Part shown: positions 28,910 to 38,765 of the stretch, one piece after another
Position numbering within the stretch: the stretch's first letter is position 1
Layout of the letters: each line of letters starts with the position of its first letter
From: a virus
Taxonomy: Duplodnaviria; Caudoviricetes
Virus record (IMG/VR): IMGVR_UViG_3300011113_000415
Strand: one strand, 5' to 3'
DNA length: 64,000 nt
The notes under the pieces: model-generated
Database searches by the model: none
What the model saw: only the letters and a program-made list of their open reading frames with translations
Told to the model about the DNA's origin: nothing
Position numbers and translations under genes: made by a program

Positions 28910-29580
28910 CATTCCGGTGTGAGTATTGCAAGAAAGAATTTTCAAGAGAAACATCAATAGCAGTTCATGCATGTGAACCCAAACGTAGACGTTTAGCCCG
29001 AGATGAAGCAGGTGTGCGCATGGGATTTCAAGCCTATATTCGGTTCTATGAAACCATGCAGGGTAGTGCAAAGAACAAAACACACGATGACTTTTGTGAC
29101 TCGCCGTACTATCGAGCGTTTGTAAAGTTTGGTAACTATTGTGTAAACACTAGAGTCATAGCACCCGATCGTTTCATGGCATGGCTGCTCAAAAACCAAA
29201 AGAAAATTGATCACTGGTGCAGTGATTCTGTCTACACAGAGTATCTTGTGGAATACTTGCGGCAGGAAGCAGTAGCAGATGCCCTGGCTCGAGCAATAGA
29301 ACACAGCATGAGATGGGCAGAAGAAACAGGCAATCCGGCCCATGACTGGTTGCGTTATGGCAACACCAATGCACTATGCTATGCTGTCACAGCCGGACGT
29401 ATCTCACCCTGGGTTATCTACAATTCAGAATCAGGGCAAAAGTTCTTGACTGAACTCTCAACAGAACAAGTGGCCATGGTTTGGCCTTACATTGACTCAG
29501 ACGCTTGGCAAAAGAAGTTCTCAAACTATCCAGCGGATCAAGAGTATGTAAAAGACATATTGAGCAAAGCAGGATGGTAA
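28906..29580 (+). CDS. Zinc-finger-containing conserved phage protein
   Basis: N-terminal CEYC..F......H.C motif. Confidence 0.6.
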   Translation: MTFRCEYCKKEFSRETSIAVHACEPKRRRLARDEAGVRMGFQAYIRFYETMQGSAKNKTHDDFCDSPYYRAFVKFGNYCVNTRVIAPDRFMAWLLKNQKKIDHWCSDSVYTEYLVEYLRQEAVADALARAIEHSMRWAEETGNPAHDWLRYGNTNALCYAVTAGRISPWVIYNSESGQKFLTELSTEQVAMVWPYIDSDAWQKKFSNYPADQEYVKDILSKAGW

Positions 29581-29581
29581 C

Positions 29582-29938
29582 ATGATCAAAGCAATTCATA
29601 CTCTAGGCAAGTACATGCAGGTAGTTGGCGGTAGCACCAGCACCTATGTCAACGCCGGTTATGGGACACAAGGGGTTGGCAACTTGCGTTTCAATACCAG
29701 TGGTCAGCGACTGGAAGTTTATGATGGTACATGCTGGCAAGAACTGAACACGCCACATGCCAGCATAGGACTCAATGCCGAAGCCGAACAAGCCATTGAC
29801 TGGGTGCGTCAACAGATGGAACGAGAGCATAGGCTCGAAGTGTTGGCCCAGAAGCATCCTGGTGTGGCAGACGCACTAGCGGCAGTTCAGCAAGCCCAAG
29901 AACAACTACGTATTGTCACAGCATTGGTGCAAGAATGA
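29582..29938 (+). CDS. Hypothetical protein
   Basis: 118-aa ORF with a coiled-coil C-terminus, in the operon. Confidence 0.55.
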   Translation: MIKAIHTLGKYMQVVGGSTSTYVNAGYGTQGVGNLRFNTSGQRLEVYDGTCWQELNTPHASIGLNAEAEQAIDWVRQQMEREHRLEVLAQKHPGVADALAAVQQAQEQLRIVTALVQE

Positions 29939-30492
29939 GCGCAGACATTGATTTAGATTTTGCCAATCGCGAAGATGTACTGAAACTGATCAAGTACACC
30001 CCGGCACGACAAAGCAACGGGCGACGACACAACTCAGGAATCTATGTCACAAACATACCACGAGATCCTGTTAACAATTGTGCCGCGTTGGATTACGAAA
30101 CAGCCGAAGCAAGAGGATACTTTAAATTGGATTTTTTAAACATGAGAGTGTATCAGTTGATTCGTGATCCTGCACACTATGATGAAATGTTGACTGCCAT
30201 ACCACCTTGGCAACGATTATGGACTGATCCGGGATGGGCTAAACAACTGGTACACGTGGGCAATTATACAGATTTGTTGAAGAGCATGCGACCAGATAGC
30301 ATACCCAGGATGGCTGCCTTTATCTCCGTTATTCGTCCAGGCAAGGCGCACTTGCAAACACGCCCGTGGGCAGAAGTATTTGCATCAGTGTGGGACGGAG
30401 ATGATAGCCAAGGATATACATTCAAGAAAAGTCACAGTATTTCCTATGCGGCGCTGGTAGCACTACATATGAATCTTTTGAATCAGAATTAA
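29935..30492 (+). CDS. Minimal DNA polymerase III alpha (DnaE, C-family)-like catalytic domain
   Basis: Colinear motifs DIDLDF, RHNSGIYV, EARGYFKLDFL, ISVIRPG and GYTFKKSHSISYA. Confidence 0.75.
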   Translation: MSADIDLDFANREDVLKLIKYTPARQSNGRRHNSGIYVTNIPRDPVNNCAALDYETAEARGYFKLDFLNMRVYQLIRDPAHYDEMLTAIPPWQRLWTDPGWAKQLVHVGNYTDLLKSMRPDSIPRMAAFISVIRPGKAHLQTRPWAEVFASVWDGDDSQGYTFKKSHSISYAALVALHMNLLNQN

Positions 30493-30866
30493 TCTACTCT
30501 TCTTACGAGTGTAATACTCTTTCTTTTGCTCTTCTTGCGAGCAATGTCATTTAAACTGCACACTGGGCCGTGCAGGATTTCTAAATCTTTGTTGGCAAAT
30601 GTTCTTAGTGTAGGACGGAACTGTTCCCACTCACCACGTAGGAATATGTTTATGGGTATGCTACGATTGCTCTCCCACCACCAAGTGTTGGCCAAATCTA
30701 TAAACCTACGCTTTGAATCTTGATCTTGTACTGCTCCAAAGTCGTAGATGGTGGTAATTGCGTCATCTCGATTTTGCACTATGCCCACATATTCGTTGCT
30801 GGCGTAGATGCACAAGGTTATAAATGGATATTTCTCTGCTAATTTTTGAAACAAATCACTGCCCAT
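30489..30866 (-). CDS. Conserved hypothetical phage late protein
   Basis: WWWESNRSIPINIFL motif; full TATAAATA on the minus strand at 30883-30890. Confidence 0.7.
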   Translation of the reverse strand: MGSDLFQKLAEKYPFITLCIYASNEYVGIVQNRDDAITTIYDFGAVQDQDSKRRFIDLANTWWWESNRSIPINIFLRGEWEQFRPTLRTFANKDLEILHGPVCSLNDIARKKSKRKSITLVRRVD

Positions 30867-30882
30867 AATTTTTGGTTCGGTT

Positions 30883-30911
30883 TATTTATACGCAGATATT
30901 TTAGGTAAATA
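30883..30911. promoter_or_regulatory. Divergent pair of late promoters
   Basis: TATAAATA (minus, 30883-30890) and TAAATA (plus, 30906-30911). Confidence 0.7.
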
Positions 30912-30920
30912 TTTGGAACT

Positions 30921-32012
30921 ATGTACTCAACCACCGCCTACATTTATCAGCAGATTCAAAGAATTTTATTAATAGACACTTCGGGCGAGGGTGAGGTATT
31001 TGTCCGGAGGTGGGAACCAGTGTACGCAAAAAAACTAACAATCAACAAGGGCGTGGACAACGTGATCTTGTTTGAATTCATAAATCAAGATCAAAAGCCT
31101 GTGAACATCACCGGTAGCACACTTATGTTTAGATTGATCAATCTACAAGGCGATGCTCAGTTGCTGGAAAAAGAAATGGTAATATTGAGTGCGCTATATG
31201 GCCGTGCCAAGGTCACACTATCTGCAGCCGAAACAACAGAACTGCCTACAGAACCTGCCAGTTACTCCATAGACCGTACCAGTGGCAATCTCACAGAAGC
31301 AGTGTTTGTGGATGCACAAGCACAGGCTCGTGCTGATGTTGATATTCAAGATAGTGTACTACCAGAGTTTGTGCCCAGCCACACTGTGACAGTGCCTACC
31401 ATCTACGGTCCAGAAATTTATGTTAACCCTGTGTATGCTGGCAACTATCCTGATTGGGCACTAAATCCGCCTCCTGTGGGCAACGTGCAACCCAATCCTG
31501 AACGCTACTCAAGTTTTATTCCCACAAACGGTTCAAGTTTAACTACATTTCAATTGACCTTTGATCACTACACTGGCAACATCAAGGCTCAGGCCGCTGA
31601 GAATTATGAAAGCACTTGGTATGATGTTACTGACATCTACAGTTTCTACAACAAAACTGGCGTGGACTATATCAATGTGTTGGGTTACCATCCCCTATTG
31701 CGATTGGACCTGAACAGTTATTCAGGGGCAGAAATTGTGGGGCCTGCCACTGCCAATGCTCAAGCAGCCAATGGCGTGATCACAGGCATTACAGTGACCA
31801 ATTCAGGCAATGGCTACCTAGCACCGCCCAAGGTTTCAATTGTGGGGCTGGGTGCTGGCGCGGTAGCAGAAGCAGAAATTACTGGCGGCCAGGTGAGTGC
31901 CATAAATGTAATAAACGGAGGTCAAGGCTACACCCCCTCGCCGGCGCAGCCAACAGTGCCCGCCGCAGTATTCATCACAACCGGGGCTGTAACAGACATA
32001 ATTTGTAGATGA
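30921..32012 (+). CDS. Virion structural protein (baseplate/tail-associated)
   Basis: BppU-like N-terminal region (NQDQKPVNITG); C-terminal ITGITVTNSGNGY..PP.V.I.G repeats typical of phage tail/baseplate proteins. Confidence 0.6.
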   Translation: MYSTTAYIYQQIQRILLIDTSGEGEVFVRRWEPVYAKKLTINKGVDNVILFEFINQDQKPVNITGSTLMFRLINLQGDAQLLEKEMVILSALYGRAKVTLSAAETTELPTEPASYSIDRTSGNLTEAVFVDAQAQARADVDIQDSVLPEFVPSHTVTVPTIYGPEIYVNPVYAGNYPDWALNPPPVGNVQPNPERYSSFIPTNGSSLTTFQLTFDHYTGNIKAQAAENYESTWYDVTDIYSFYNKTGVDYINVLGYHPLLRLDLNSYSGAEIVGPATANAQAANGVITGITVTNSGNGYLAPPKVSIVGLGAGAVAEAEITGGQVSAINVINGGQGYTPSPAQPTVPAAVFITTGAVTDIICR

Positions 32013-32740
32013 CATTTAAAAAAATTGTAGGATTTGGTGACTCCTGGATGTATGGAGATGAGTTACTGGATCCTGCACTGATTCAACAGCATGCTGACGC
32101 ACACTGTTGTTGGCACCAAAATGATCAATATCGCAACAGTCACAATTTTTTGGGACTAGTGGGCCAACACTATAACGTGCCTACAGAAAATTTTGGCATC
32201 GCCGGCGGAAGCATGCAGAGTTCCATTTGGACTTTTCTTTGGTGGTTAGAACACGAATCCTGTCCTCAAGACTGTTTGGTATTAATTGGTCACACTGATT
32301 CGGACCGTCTGAGTTTTTACAATCCCAATCATCGCAGTTATGCCAATGACCCACCTTGGAACAAATTCATACACTCAACCTGGGTGCAATATGGATCCAG
32401 TGTTGTACCAGAAGACTTTCGTCATATGGTCAAACAACAGTTGGTTCTGACCAATTGCTCAGAATTGGCCAGACTCAATCATATGCAAACTCTTTTATTT
32501 TTTGATGGAGTGGCGGCTAGGCAAAAAATACCCATGATGCAGTTTCATATCATGCCCGCAGACAATCAGTTGGATCTGCCAACTGAAATTTGGTCAGGAT
32601 TTTCAACAACCATATGGTTTAGAGATCATCCAGGCAACCAAAAGCGAGAACTGATCTGTCCAGGAGGCCATCCTAACGAAATTGGGCATCAAATGATTGC
32701 TGACAAGTTGATTTTGACCATAGATTCTGCTACAATGTAG
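32009..32740 (+). CDS. SGNH/GDSL-like hydrolase or acyltransferase
   Basis: FGDSWMYG, NFGIAGGS, GGHPNEIGH. Confidence 0.7.
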   Translation: MTFKKIVGFGDSWMYGDELLDPALIQQHADAHCCWHQNDQYRNSHNFLGLVGQHYNVPTENFGIAGGSMQSSIWTFLWWLEHESCPQDCLVLIGHTDSDRLSFYNPNHRSYANDPPWNKFIHSTWVQYGSSVVPEDFRHMVKQQLVLTNCSELARLNHMQTLLFFDGVAARQKIPMMQFHIMPADNQLDLPTEIWSGFSTTIWFRDHPGNQKRELICPGGHPNEIGHQMIADKLILTIDSATM

Positions 32741-32742
32741 CA

Positions 32743-33732
32743 ATGCTTGATATACTGCAATACTTGCCTGCGAAACGACGACCCAGTCCACAAGGCTGGT
32801 TGAGTTTCAATGCGGTATGTTGTAGCCACAATGGACAAAGTGCGGATCGGCGAGGTCGCGGTGGTATCAAGGTCACAGAACAGGGTTGGGGCTATCACTG
32901 CTTCAACTGCTCATACACAGCCAATTTTGTTTTAGGACGCACACTAGGATTCAAGGCCCGGCGATTGTTGTCGTGGATAGGCGTGCCAGACACAGAAATT
33001 GACTTGCTCAATCTCGAAAGCCTGCGGTATCGTAGCATTCACGGCATACTAGAGGATCGACAACGAGTATTCAACACACTCAGTGATATCAAGTTTGAAG
33101 AACTAGACGATTTTCCGCCATTCTCAGAAGTGATCACTCCCGAGTTTCCACGATACTGGGATTACATTCGTCAGCGAGGTGTGCCAGAAGATTTTCCTGT
33201 GATGACTGCTATCAAAAATGATGGGGTTCATTGGACCAGACCTTTTGTGCTAGTGCCGTTTACCTATGACAATCAAGTAGTGGGTTGGACTGCTAGATTC
33301 TTGGATGACAAAACGCCCAAATACATCAATCACTCGCAACCAGGTTATGTGTTTGGCACAGACCTCCAACATGCTGACTGGCAACATGTGCTTGTGATGG
33401 AAGGTATATTTGATGCACTGAGTATAGGTGGACTTGCTGTGATGCACAATACTATCAGTGATGCACAAGCAAGATTAATTCGCAGTCTGGGACGCGAAGT
33501 CACAGTGGTGCCAGATCAAGATTCTGCTGGTTTAGAACTGATTGACCGTGCTGTGGAACTGGGCTGGGCTGTGAGCATGCCCGAGTGGCCCGAGGGTTGC
33601 AAAGACGTCAATGACGCTGTGATAAAACTGGGCAGATTGGGAACCTTGCTAACTATAATGCAAGCACGTGAAACATCAAAAATAAAAATTGAAATAAGGA
33701 AAAAGCAACTTGTTAAAAGACTACGGACTTGA
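32743..33732 (+). CDS. gp61: DNA primase (T4 gp61-like)
   Basis: Zn-binding CCSH..YHCFNC; TOPRIM VMEGIFD, PDQD, KDVND. Confidence 0.88.
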   Translation: MLDILQYLPAKRRPSPQGWLSFNAVCCSHNGQSADRRGRGGIKVTEQGWGYHCFNCSYTANFVLGRTLGFKARRLLSWIGVPDTEIDLLNLESLRYRSIHGILEDRQRVFNTLSDIKFEELDDFPPFSEVITPEFPRYWDYIRQRGVPEDFPVMTAIKNDGVHWTRPFVLVPFTYDNQVVGWTARFLDDKTPKYINHSQPGYVFGTDLQHADWQHVLVMEGIFDALSIGGLAVMHNTISDAQARLIRSLGREVTVVPDQDSAGLELIDRAVELGWAVSMPEWPEGCKDVNDAVIKLGRLGTLLTIMQARETSKIKIEIRKKQLVKRLRT

Positions 33733-35155
33733 TGTCCAGCGATTATTTCTAGAAATGATGTTGGAAGACGCACAAAGTTATGTGCGTGTTCAAAACATCT
33801 ATAACCCGCAAAACTTTGACCGGAGTTTGCGACCAGCGGCTGAGTTCATCAAAGAACACACAGACAAACACAAAACCATGCCTGACCGCACACAGATTGC
33901 GGCCACCACAGGCATCAAGTTGCAACTAGTGCCAGATTTGAATGAGGGACACTTTGACTGGTTCATGGGCGAGTTTGAAGCGTTTACTCGGCGTCAAGAA
34001 CTTGAGCGTGCAATTTTAAAATCAGCAGACTTGCTGGAGAAAGGTGAATTTGAACCTGTTGAAAAACTTATCAAGGATGCAGTCCAAATATCACTCACTA
34101 AAGACATGGGTACGGATTACTTTGCTGATCCTAAGGCTCGCATTGAGAAATACTTCAACTCGGGCGGACAAGTAAGCACAGGATGGCCGCAATTGGATCG
34201 ACTGCTGTACGGCGGATTCAGTCGCGGAGAACTAAACATTTTTGCAGGTGGATCAGGATCAGGCAAATCACTTGTGATGATGAACATAGCATTAAACTGG
34301 TTGCAACAAGGACTAAGTGGGGTATACATTACACTTGAACTGTCAGAAGAACTTACCAGTCTACGTACTGATGCTATGCTGACAAACATGAGCACAAAAG
34401 ATATCCGTCGAGACATGGATACCACAGAACTCAAGGTCAAACTTGTGGCCAAGAAGTCGGGCAGTTATCAGGTCAAAGGTTTGCCAGCACAGAGCAACAT
34501 CAATGACATTCGTGCTTACTTGAAAGAATATCAAATTCAAACTGGCAAACGAGTAGACTTTGTGATGATTGACTACTTGGACTTGCTGATGCCAGTGAGT
34601 GCCAAAGTTAGCCCTAACGATTTGTTTGTCAAAGACAAGTATGTGAGTGAAGAATTGCGTAACTTGGCCAAAGAATTAGGAGTGTTGATGGTAACTGCGT
34701 CGCAGTTGAATAGATCGGCTGTGGAAGAAGTTGAATTTGACCATTCGCATATTTCGGGCGGTATTTCAAAGATCAACACCGCAGACAATGTGTTTGGTAT
34801 CTTTACAAGCCGAGCAATGAAAGAACGTGGCAAGTATCAGATACAATGTATGAAGAGTCGAAGTAGTACCGGCGTTGGACAAAAGATTGATTTGGAATAC
34901 AACATTGAAACCATGCGTATCACAGACGAGGGCGGCGACGAACGAGACAACTTCCGCGGTGGCGCCAAGCCCAGTATCATGGATTCAATCAAGGCCCGGA
35001 GCCAGGTCAAGCCCTCGGAAGAAGGTGAGTCTAGTACGCCACCTTGGGAACGGGCTCAGCCACGCGAAGGTTTTGACCTAGAAGAACCCAAAGTCACAGC
35101 AGATGTTCAAAGTGCCAAACTCAAACAGTTGCTCGGGCAAATTAAAAATGCATAG
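33710..35155 (+). CDS. gp41: Replicative DNA helicase (DnaB/gp41-like)
   Basis: AGGSGSGKS, ITLELSE, IDYLDL, TASQLNR, KSR. Confidence 0.92.
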   Translation: MLKDYGLDVQRLFLEMMLEDAQSYVRVQNIYNPQNFDRSLRPAAEFIKEHTDKHKTMPDRTQIAATTGIKLQLVPDLNEGHFDWFMGEFEAFTRRQELERAILKSADLLEKGEFEPVEKLIKDAVQISLTKDMGTDYFADPKARIEKYFNSGGQVSTGWPQLDRLLYGGFSRGELNIFAGGSGSGKSLVMMNIALNWLQQGLSGVYITLELSEELTSLRTDAMLTNMSTKDIRRDMDTTELKVKLVAKKSGSYQVKGLPAQSNINDIRAYLKEYQIQTGKRVDFVMIDYLDLLMPVSAKVSPNDLFVKDKYVSEELRNLAKELGVLMVTASQLNRSAVEEVEFDHSHISGGISKINTADNVFGIFTSRAMKERGKYQIQCMKSRSSTGVGQKIDLEYNIETMRITDEGGDERDNFRGGAKPSIMDSIKARSQVKPSEEGESSTPPWERAQPREGFDLEEPKVTADVQSAKLKQLLGQIKNA

Positions 35156-36308
35156 TTTATCGGATTTTTATTGCCCATTGTACAATCAAGGTTTATATTT
35201 GGAAAAATTAAACCAAACAGAAACTTTGGTTTCAATGTGTTGCTATCAAAAGTCCAGTGATAAATCATATTCAGATGTGGATTTTGTTCACAATGATTAT
35301 TTGTTGAATATTAGGAAAAAGTACGCAAATGGTAAGGCGCCTGTGGAATGTAATGCTTGTTGGAAACTTGAAAATTTGCATTATCAAAGTTATCGCCACG
35401 GCGAAATATTGGCTCAAGAGACTCATCAGCAGTCAAAGTATTCTACTCCGGTTCTTACCAACCTAACGTATAATTGCGAAAATATTTGCAATTTAAAATG
35501 CATAATCTGTGGACCAAGATATAGCAGTTTATGGAAAGAAGATTATAAAAAATTAGGGTATCCAATTGTTAACATAGCCGAATCCAAAATAAAAACCAAG
35601 CGTAATGATATTTTTTTGCAATTAGATTTTTCAAAATTAGAAAAAATACATTTTCAAGGCGGCGAACCTTTTTTAACCGCAGATCACAAAAAAATACTTC
35701 AAAAGGCCTGTGATGACGGATCCATTGGCAATTGCGTCGTGAGTTACAATACCAATGGCACCGTGCTACCTGATCAAGAAACTATTGAACTTTGGAAACA
35801 AGCCAAGTTGATCAAGATTTACTTCAGCATTGATAGCATTGGTGATAGTTTTAACTATGTGAGATTTCCAGCAGATTGGCAACAGGTTGAGAACAATATT
35901 GTAAATGGTTTTTTCACAATTGCTGATCCCAATATTGTTTTTTCCATTGGTCCAACAGTAAACATCACTAATATTTTCTACCTTGGGGATATTATTAATT
36001 GGGTTCAAGACAAGATTGCATACAATATTCAAGGAGATCCAACAAACATTTATATCAATCCCGTCGGCGAATTAAGTTATGGTGGCAAAATCTTGGATCT
36101 TAAAAATTTCAGTTACTCTATGCAACAAAGGGCTTTGGAATACCTTGACAGACTGCAATATCACAAAGCAATATCCCCAATCATAAATTCATTGAGTTCT
36201 ATCTCGCCAAATCCAGGAGACTGGATTGAATATTTAAATAAAATAGATCAAATAAGGGGCACCAATTGGCGAGAATCACTTGTCCATCTCAGTCAACAAA
36301 TTGTATAG
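35148..36308 (+). CDS. Radical SAM protein with N-terminal twitch-like domain
   Basis: FYCPL, MCC, ECNACW, CNLKCIIC, QGGEP, NTNG, SIDS. Confidence 0.85.
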   Translation: MHSLSDFYCPLYNQGLYLEKLNQTETLVSMCCYQKSSDKSYSDVDFVHNDYLLNIRKKYANGKAPVECNACWKLENLHYQSYRHGEILAQETHQQSKYSTPVLTNLTYNCENICNLKCIICGPRYSSLWKEDYKKLGYPIVNIAESKIKTKRNDIFLQLDFSKLEKIHFQGGEPFLTADHKKILQKACDDGSIGNCVVSYNTNGTVLPDQETIELWKQAKLIKIYFSIDSIGDSFNYVRFPADWQQVENNIVNGFFTIADPNIVFSIGPTVNITNIFYLGDIINWVQDKIAYNIQGDPTNIYINPVGELSYGGKILDLKNFSYSMQQRALEYLDRLQYHKAISPIINSLSSISPNPGDWIEYLNKIDQIRGTNWRESLVHLSQQIV

Positions 36309-37352
36309 GTCGGGCAGATATTCTTGCCAGTTGATTCCTTTGGCTATGTCTTGTCTTGCAATTTGTTTGAGGCAAATTTCCCAATTTTGTTGATCCACCT
36401 GGGTATGCTGGGTACCAATGTAGGTCAGGTAATCTGACTCACACATTGCTGTTTTCAAATGTTGTTTGATATGCTGTGGCAATGCACGAGGCTGTAACCA
36501 AGCAGGCTGATAAATGGGGTTGTTGCTGAAATCAATATTGTTTTGTTTGAACCAATCAACAGTCCGACCATGGTACAATATATTTAGATTACTGAGTGTG
36601 TAGTTTGCACTCACATTGTCAGTTATCTCTCGGAAAAATTTCAAATTGTCTACAAGATCCTGCCACTTTAATGGAAATCTAAGATATTCAAACACCGGTC
36701 CAGTTCCATCAATGCTGACACAAAAATTTAAATTTTTAAATTTGCCAAGCACTTGTTTTTGATGTTCACTGAGAACCACACTGCCATTGGTCACCATGCT
36801 TAAAAATACTGTGTTGTTGCCCTGTTCCAACAGATGTTCAAGCAAGGCAAAATTGCGTTTTTCATAAAGCGGCTCACCACCGATGAGACTTAACGTCTTG
36901 AGTTCTTTGAAATCAACTTTTTGTTTTATTGTGTCAACATTTACAAATCTTGAGGGTTGAATTGGAAAAGAAGGATTCATTCGATGATTCAATTGACTCC
37001 AACTGCTACTACTGCCTGCATTGCAACTCACACAGGTGGCATTGCAAGTGTAACTGGTTATCAATTTCAACATCAGTATGCTGGTCAGACCTTGTTTGGC
37101 ATCTTGTTTGATAAGTTCTAAATCTTTATCCCAGTACCAATCCAAAGCAGAGTTTTTCAGTTGCCTATCACTCTGTAGGTTTTGTTGTTCTAGGTTCCAA
37201 CATTTTTGACATTCATTGGGTTGTTTGCCCTCTAACATGTCCGATTTTATTTTTTCTATATCATAATAATCAGGCAACAAACAACAATGTGTTTCTTTTT
37301 GATTCCAGTCTATTTCTCGGCCAAACCAGGGCAATACGCAAAATGTATCCAT
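36276..37352 (-). CDS. Radical SAM protein with N-terminal twitch-like domain
   Basis: FCVLPW, HCC, ECQKCW, CNATCVSC, GGEP, TNG, SIDG; TAAATA 4 nt upstream. Confidence 0.85.
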   Translation of the reverse strand: MDTFCVLPWFGREIDWNQKETHCCLLPDYYDIEKIKSDMLEGKQPNECQKCWNLEQQNLQSDRQLKNSALDWYWDKDLELIKQDAKQGLTSILMLKLITSYTCNATCVSCNAGSSSSWSQLNHRMNPSFPIQPSRFVNVDTIKQKVDFKELKTLSLIGGEPLYEKRNFALLEHLLEQGNNTVFLSMVTNGSVVLSEHQKQVLGKFKNLNFCVSIDGTGPVFEYLRFPLKWQDLVDNLKFFREITDNVSANYTLSNLNILYHGRTVDWFKQNNIDFSNNPIYQPAWLQPRALPQHIKQHLKTAMCESDYLTYIGTQHTQVDQQNWEICLKQIARQDIAKGINWQEYLPDLYNLLTEMDK

Positions 37353-37411
37353 TCATTATTTAAGTTTAAAAGGGTCAAGATCAAATAAATAACTCAAAGG
37401 TCACCGCCGCA

Positions 37412-37660
37412 ATGCAGAAAAAAACACGCAGTTTGCTAGAAGAATTAGATGCAATGTATATCGAGCGCGAGCGCCATCTAGTGATAGAGAGCCGTGCCAG
37501 CAATATCATAGCCAGTGCTATTAACTTGTTGGAGCAAATTGATGCCACTTTCCCGCCCGAGCAAGCAGAAAATCTCACTAGAAAACTGCTGAATGCTATT
37601 CGCACCCGAGATGCTGGCCGTTTTGAAAGAACAGTGAGACGTACACATGCAGATTCATGA
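37412..37660 (+). CDS. Small conserved late protein
   Basis: TAAATA at 37386; helical 82 aa. Confidence 0.6.
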   Translation: MQKKTRSLLEELDAMYIERERHLVIESRASNIIASAINLLEQIDATFPPEQAENLTRKLLNAIRTRDAGRFERTVRRTHADS

Positions 37661-38765
37661 ATTGACTAGATCTCAACTGAACGAAGTGGACATTGTTGGA
37701 CCCGGTGGATTATTGTCTAAAATAGGCGCCGCTGGCCGCGCTCTAGTGCAACCGGGTGGAGTAAAAGACGCACTGAGAACAATCACCCCCGGTGCTGGCC
37801 AAGGTGCTTTAAGCACTCATGATCTAACACAGAGTGATTTTGCCAAGCGCATGCAAGCAGTCAAAAACACAGCGGCCATGAAACAAGTGGCAGCCAATCT
37901 ACAGGCACAGTGGAAACAGGTCAGTAAAAGTCTTCGAGCCGCGCAGACTCCTGCCGCTCCGTCTCAAACAACAACTGCTCCAGGTTATAGTTCTGTAAAG
38001 ACTAATGCTCCGGCTGGTATTCCCACAGTTGGTGGCTCAAAATTACCACAACCAGCAGTGGCTACGTCACCTGAATCTAACAAATCTAGAAATGAACTTG
38101 CATTACTAAAAAAAGCAACTGCAAGTTTACAAGGTGGCCCTGCATTATCACCACAAGAATTACAGAAAGTAAATGCAATTCGGGCAAGTAATAGTCAACC
38201 GCCAATACCAACACCAAAAATCGAACCAATAGTAGTTGGCAAAGGACAAAAACCATTGGATCCTAAAAATCCAGCAGATGCCGCATTGATAGGAAAAATT
38301 CAAGCGGCAGGAAAAAAATCACCTATAACTGAAGCGGCTTCACTTGGTCAACTTACCGACTGGTACAAAAAATCAGTGATTCCACAATCAATGGCAGCGC
38401 ACTCAGCCACGTACTTGGCCAATTCTGTTATCAAAAATGCTTTGGCTCAAATTTCAGCCACTGAAAACAACCCTAGCGAACAAGAGAAAGCGTTTCAAGA
38501 TCTTGTGGCTGCCACCAGTGTAGAAAGTCAACAGATCACAGCAGCCAATCCACAGACCACAGCCGCATCGGGTGGTGCTGTTGGACAAACAAAAAGATTG
38601 TCAGGTGGTGCATCTGTGGCTGCCACCGATATTACCAAAGCAGCCGGTATCAGTGCCAGTCAGTTGGAAGCAATTAAAAAAATTACCAGTGCTCTGTCTC
38701 CAGTACGCAGTGCTGACGCCACTACCACAGCCTATCTAGAGGCGTTGGGATTCACAGTATCATGA
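37647..38765 (+). CDS. Probable internal head / virion protein
   Basis: MQIHE..LNE leader; Ala/Gln/Pro-rich, low complexity. Confidence 0.5.
   Translation: MQIHELTRSQLNEVDIVGPGGLLSKIGAAGRALVQPGGVKDALRTITPGAGQGALSTHDLTQSDFAKRMQAVKNTAAMKQVAANLQAQWKQVSKSLRAAQTPAAPSQTTTAPGYSSVKTNAPAGIPTVGGSKLPQPAVATSPESNKSRNELALLKKATASLQGGPALSPQELQKVNAIRASNSQPPIPTPKIEPIVVGKGQKPLDPKNPADAALIGKIQAAGKKSPITEAASLGQLTDWYKKSVIPQSMAAHSATYLANSVIKNALAQISATENNPSEQEKAFQDLVAATSVESQQITAANPQTTAASGGAVGQTKRLSGGASVAATDITKAAGISASQLEAIKKITSALSPVRSADATTTAYLEALGFTVS

Noticed and set aside
29582-29938. Upstream gene as the missing PHP half of a frameshifted dnaE
   Set aside because: No PHP His/Asp motifs; it has its own start and stop with normal ATGA coupling.
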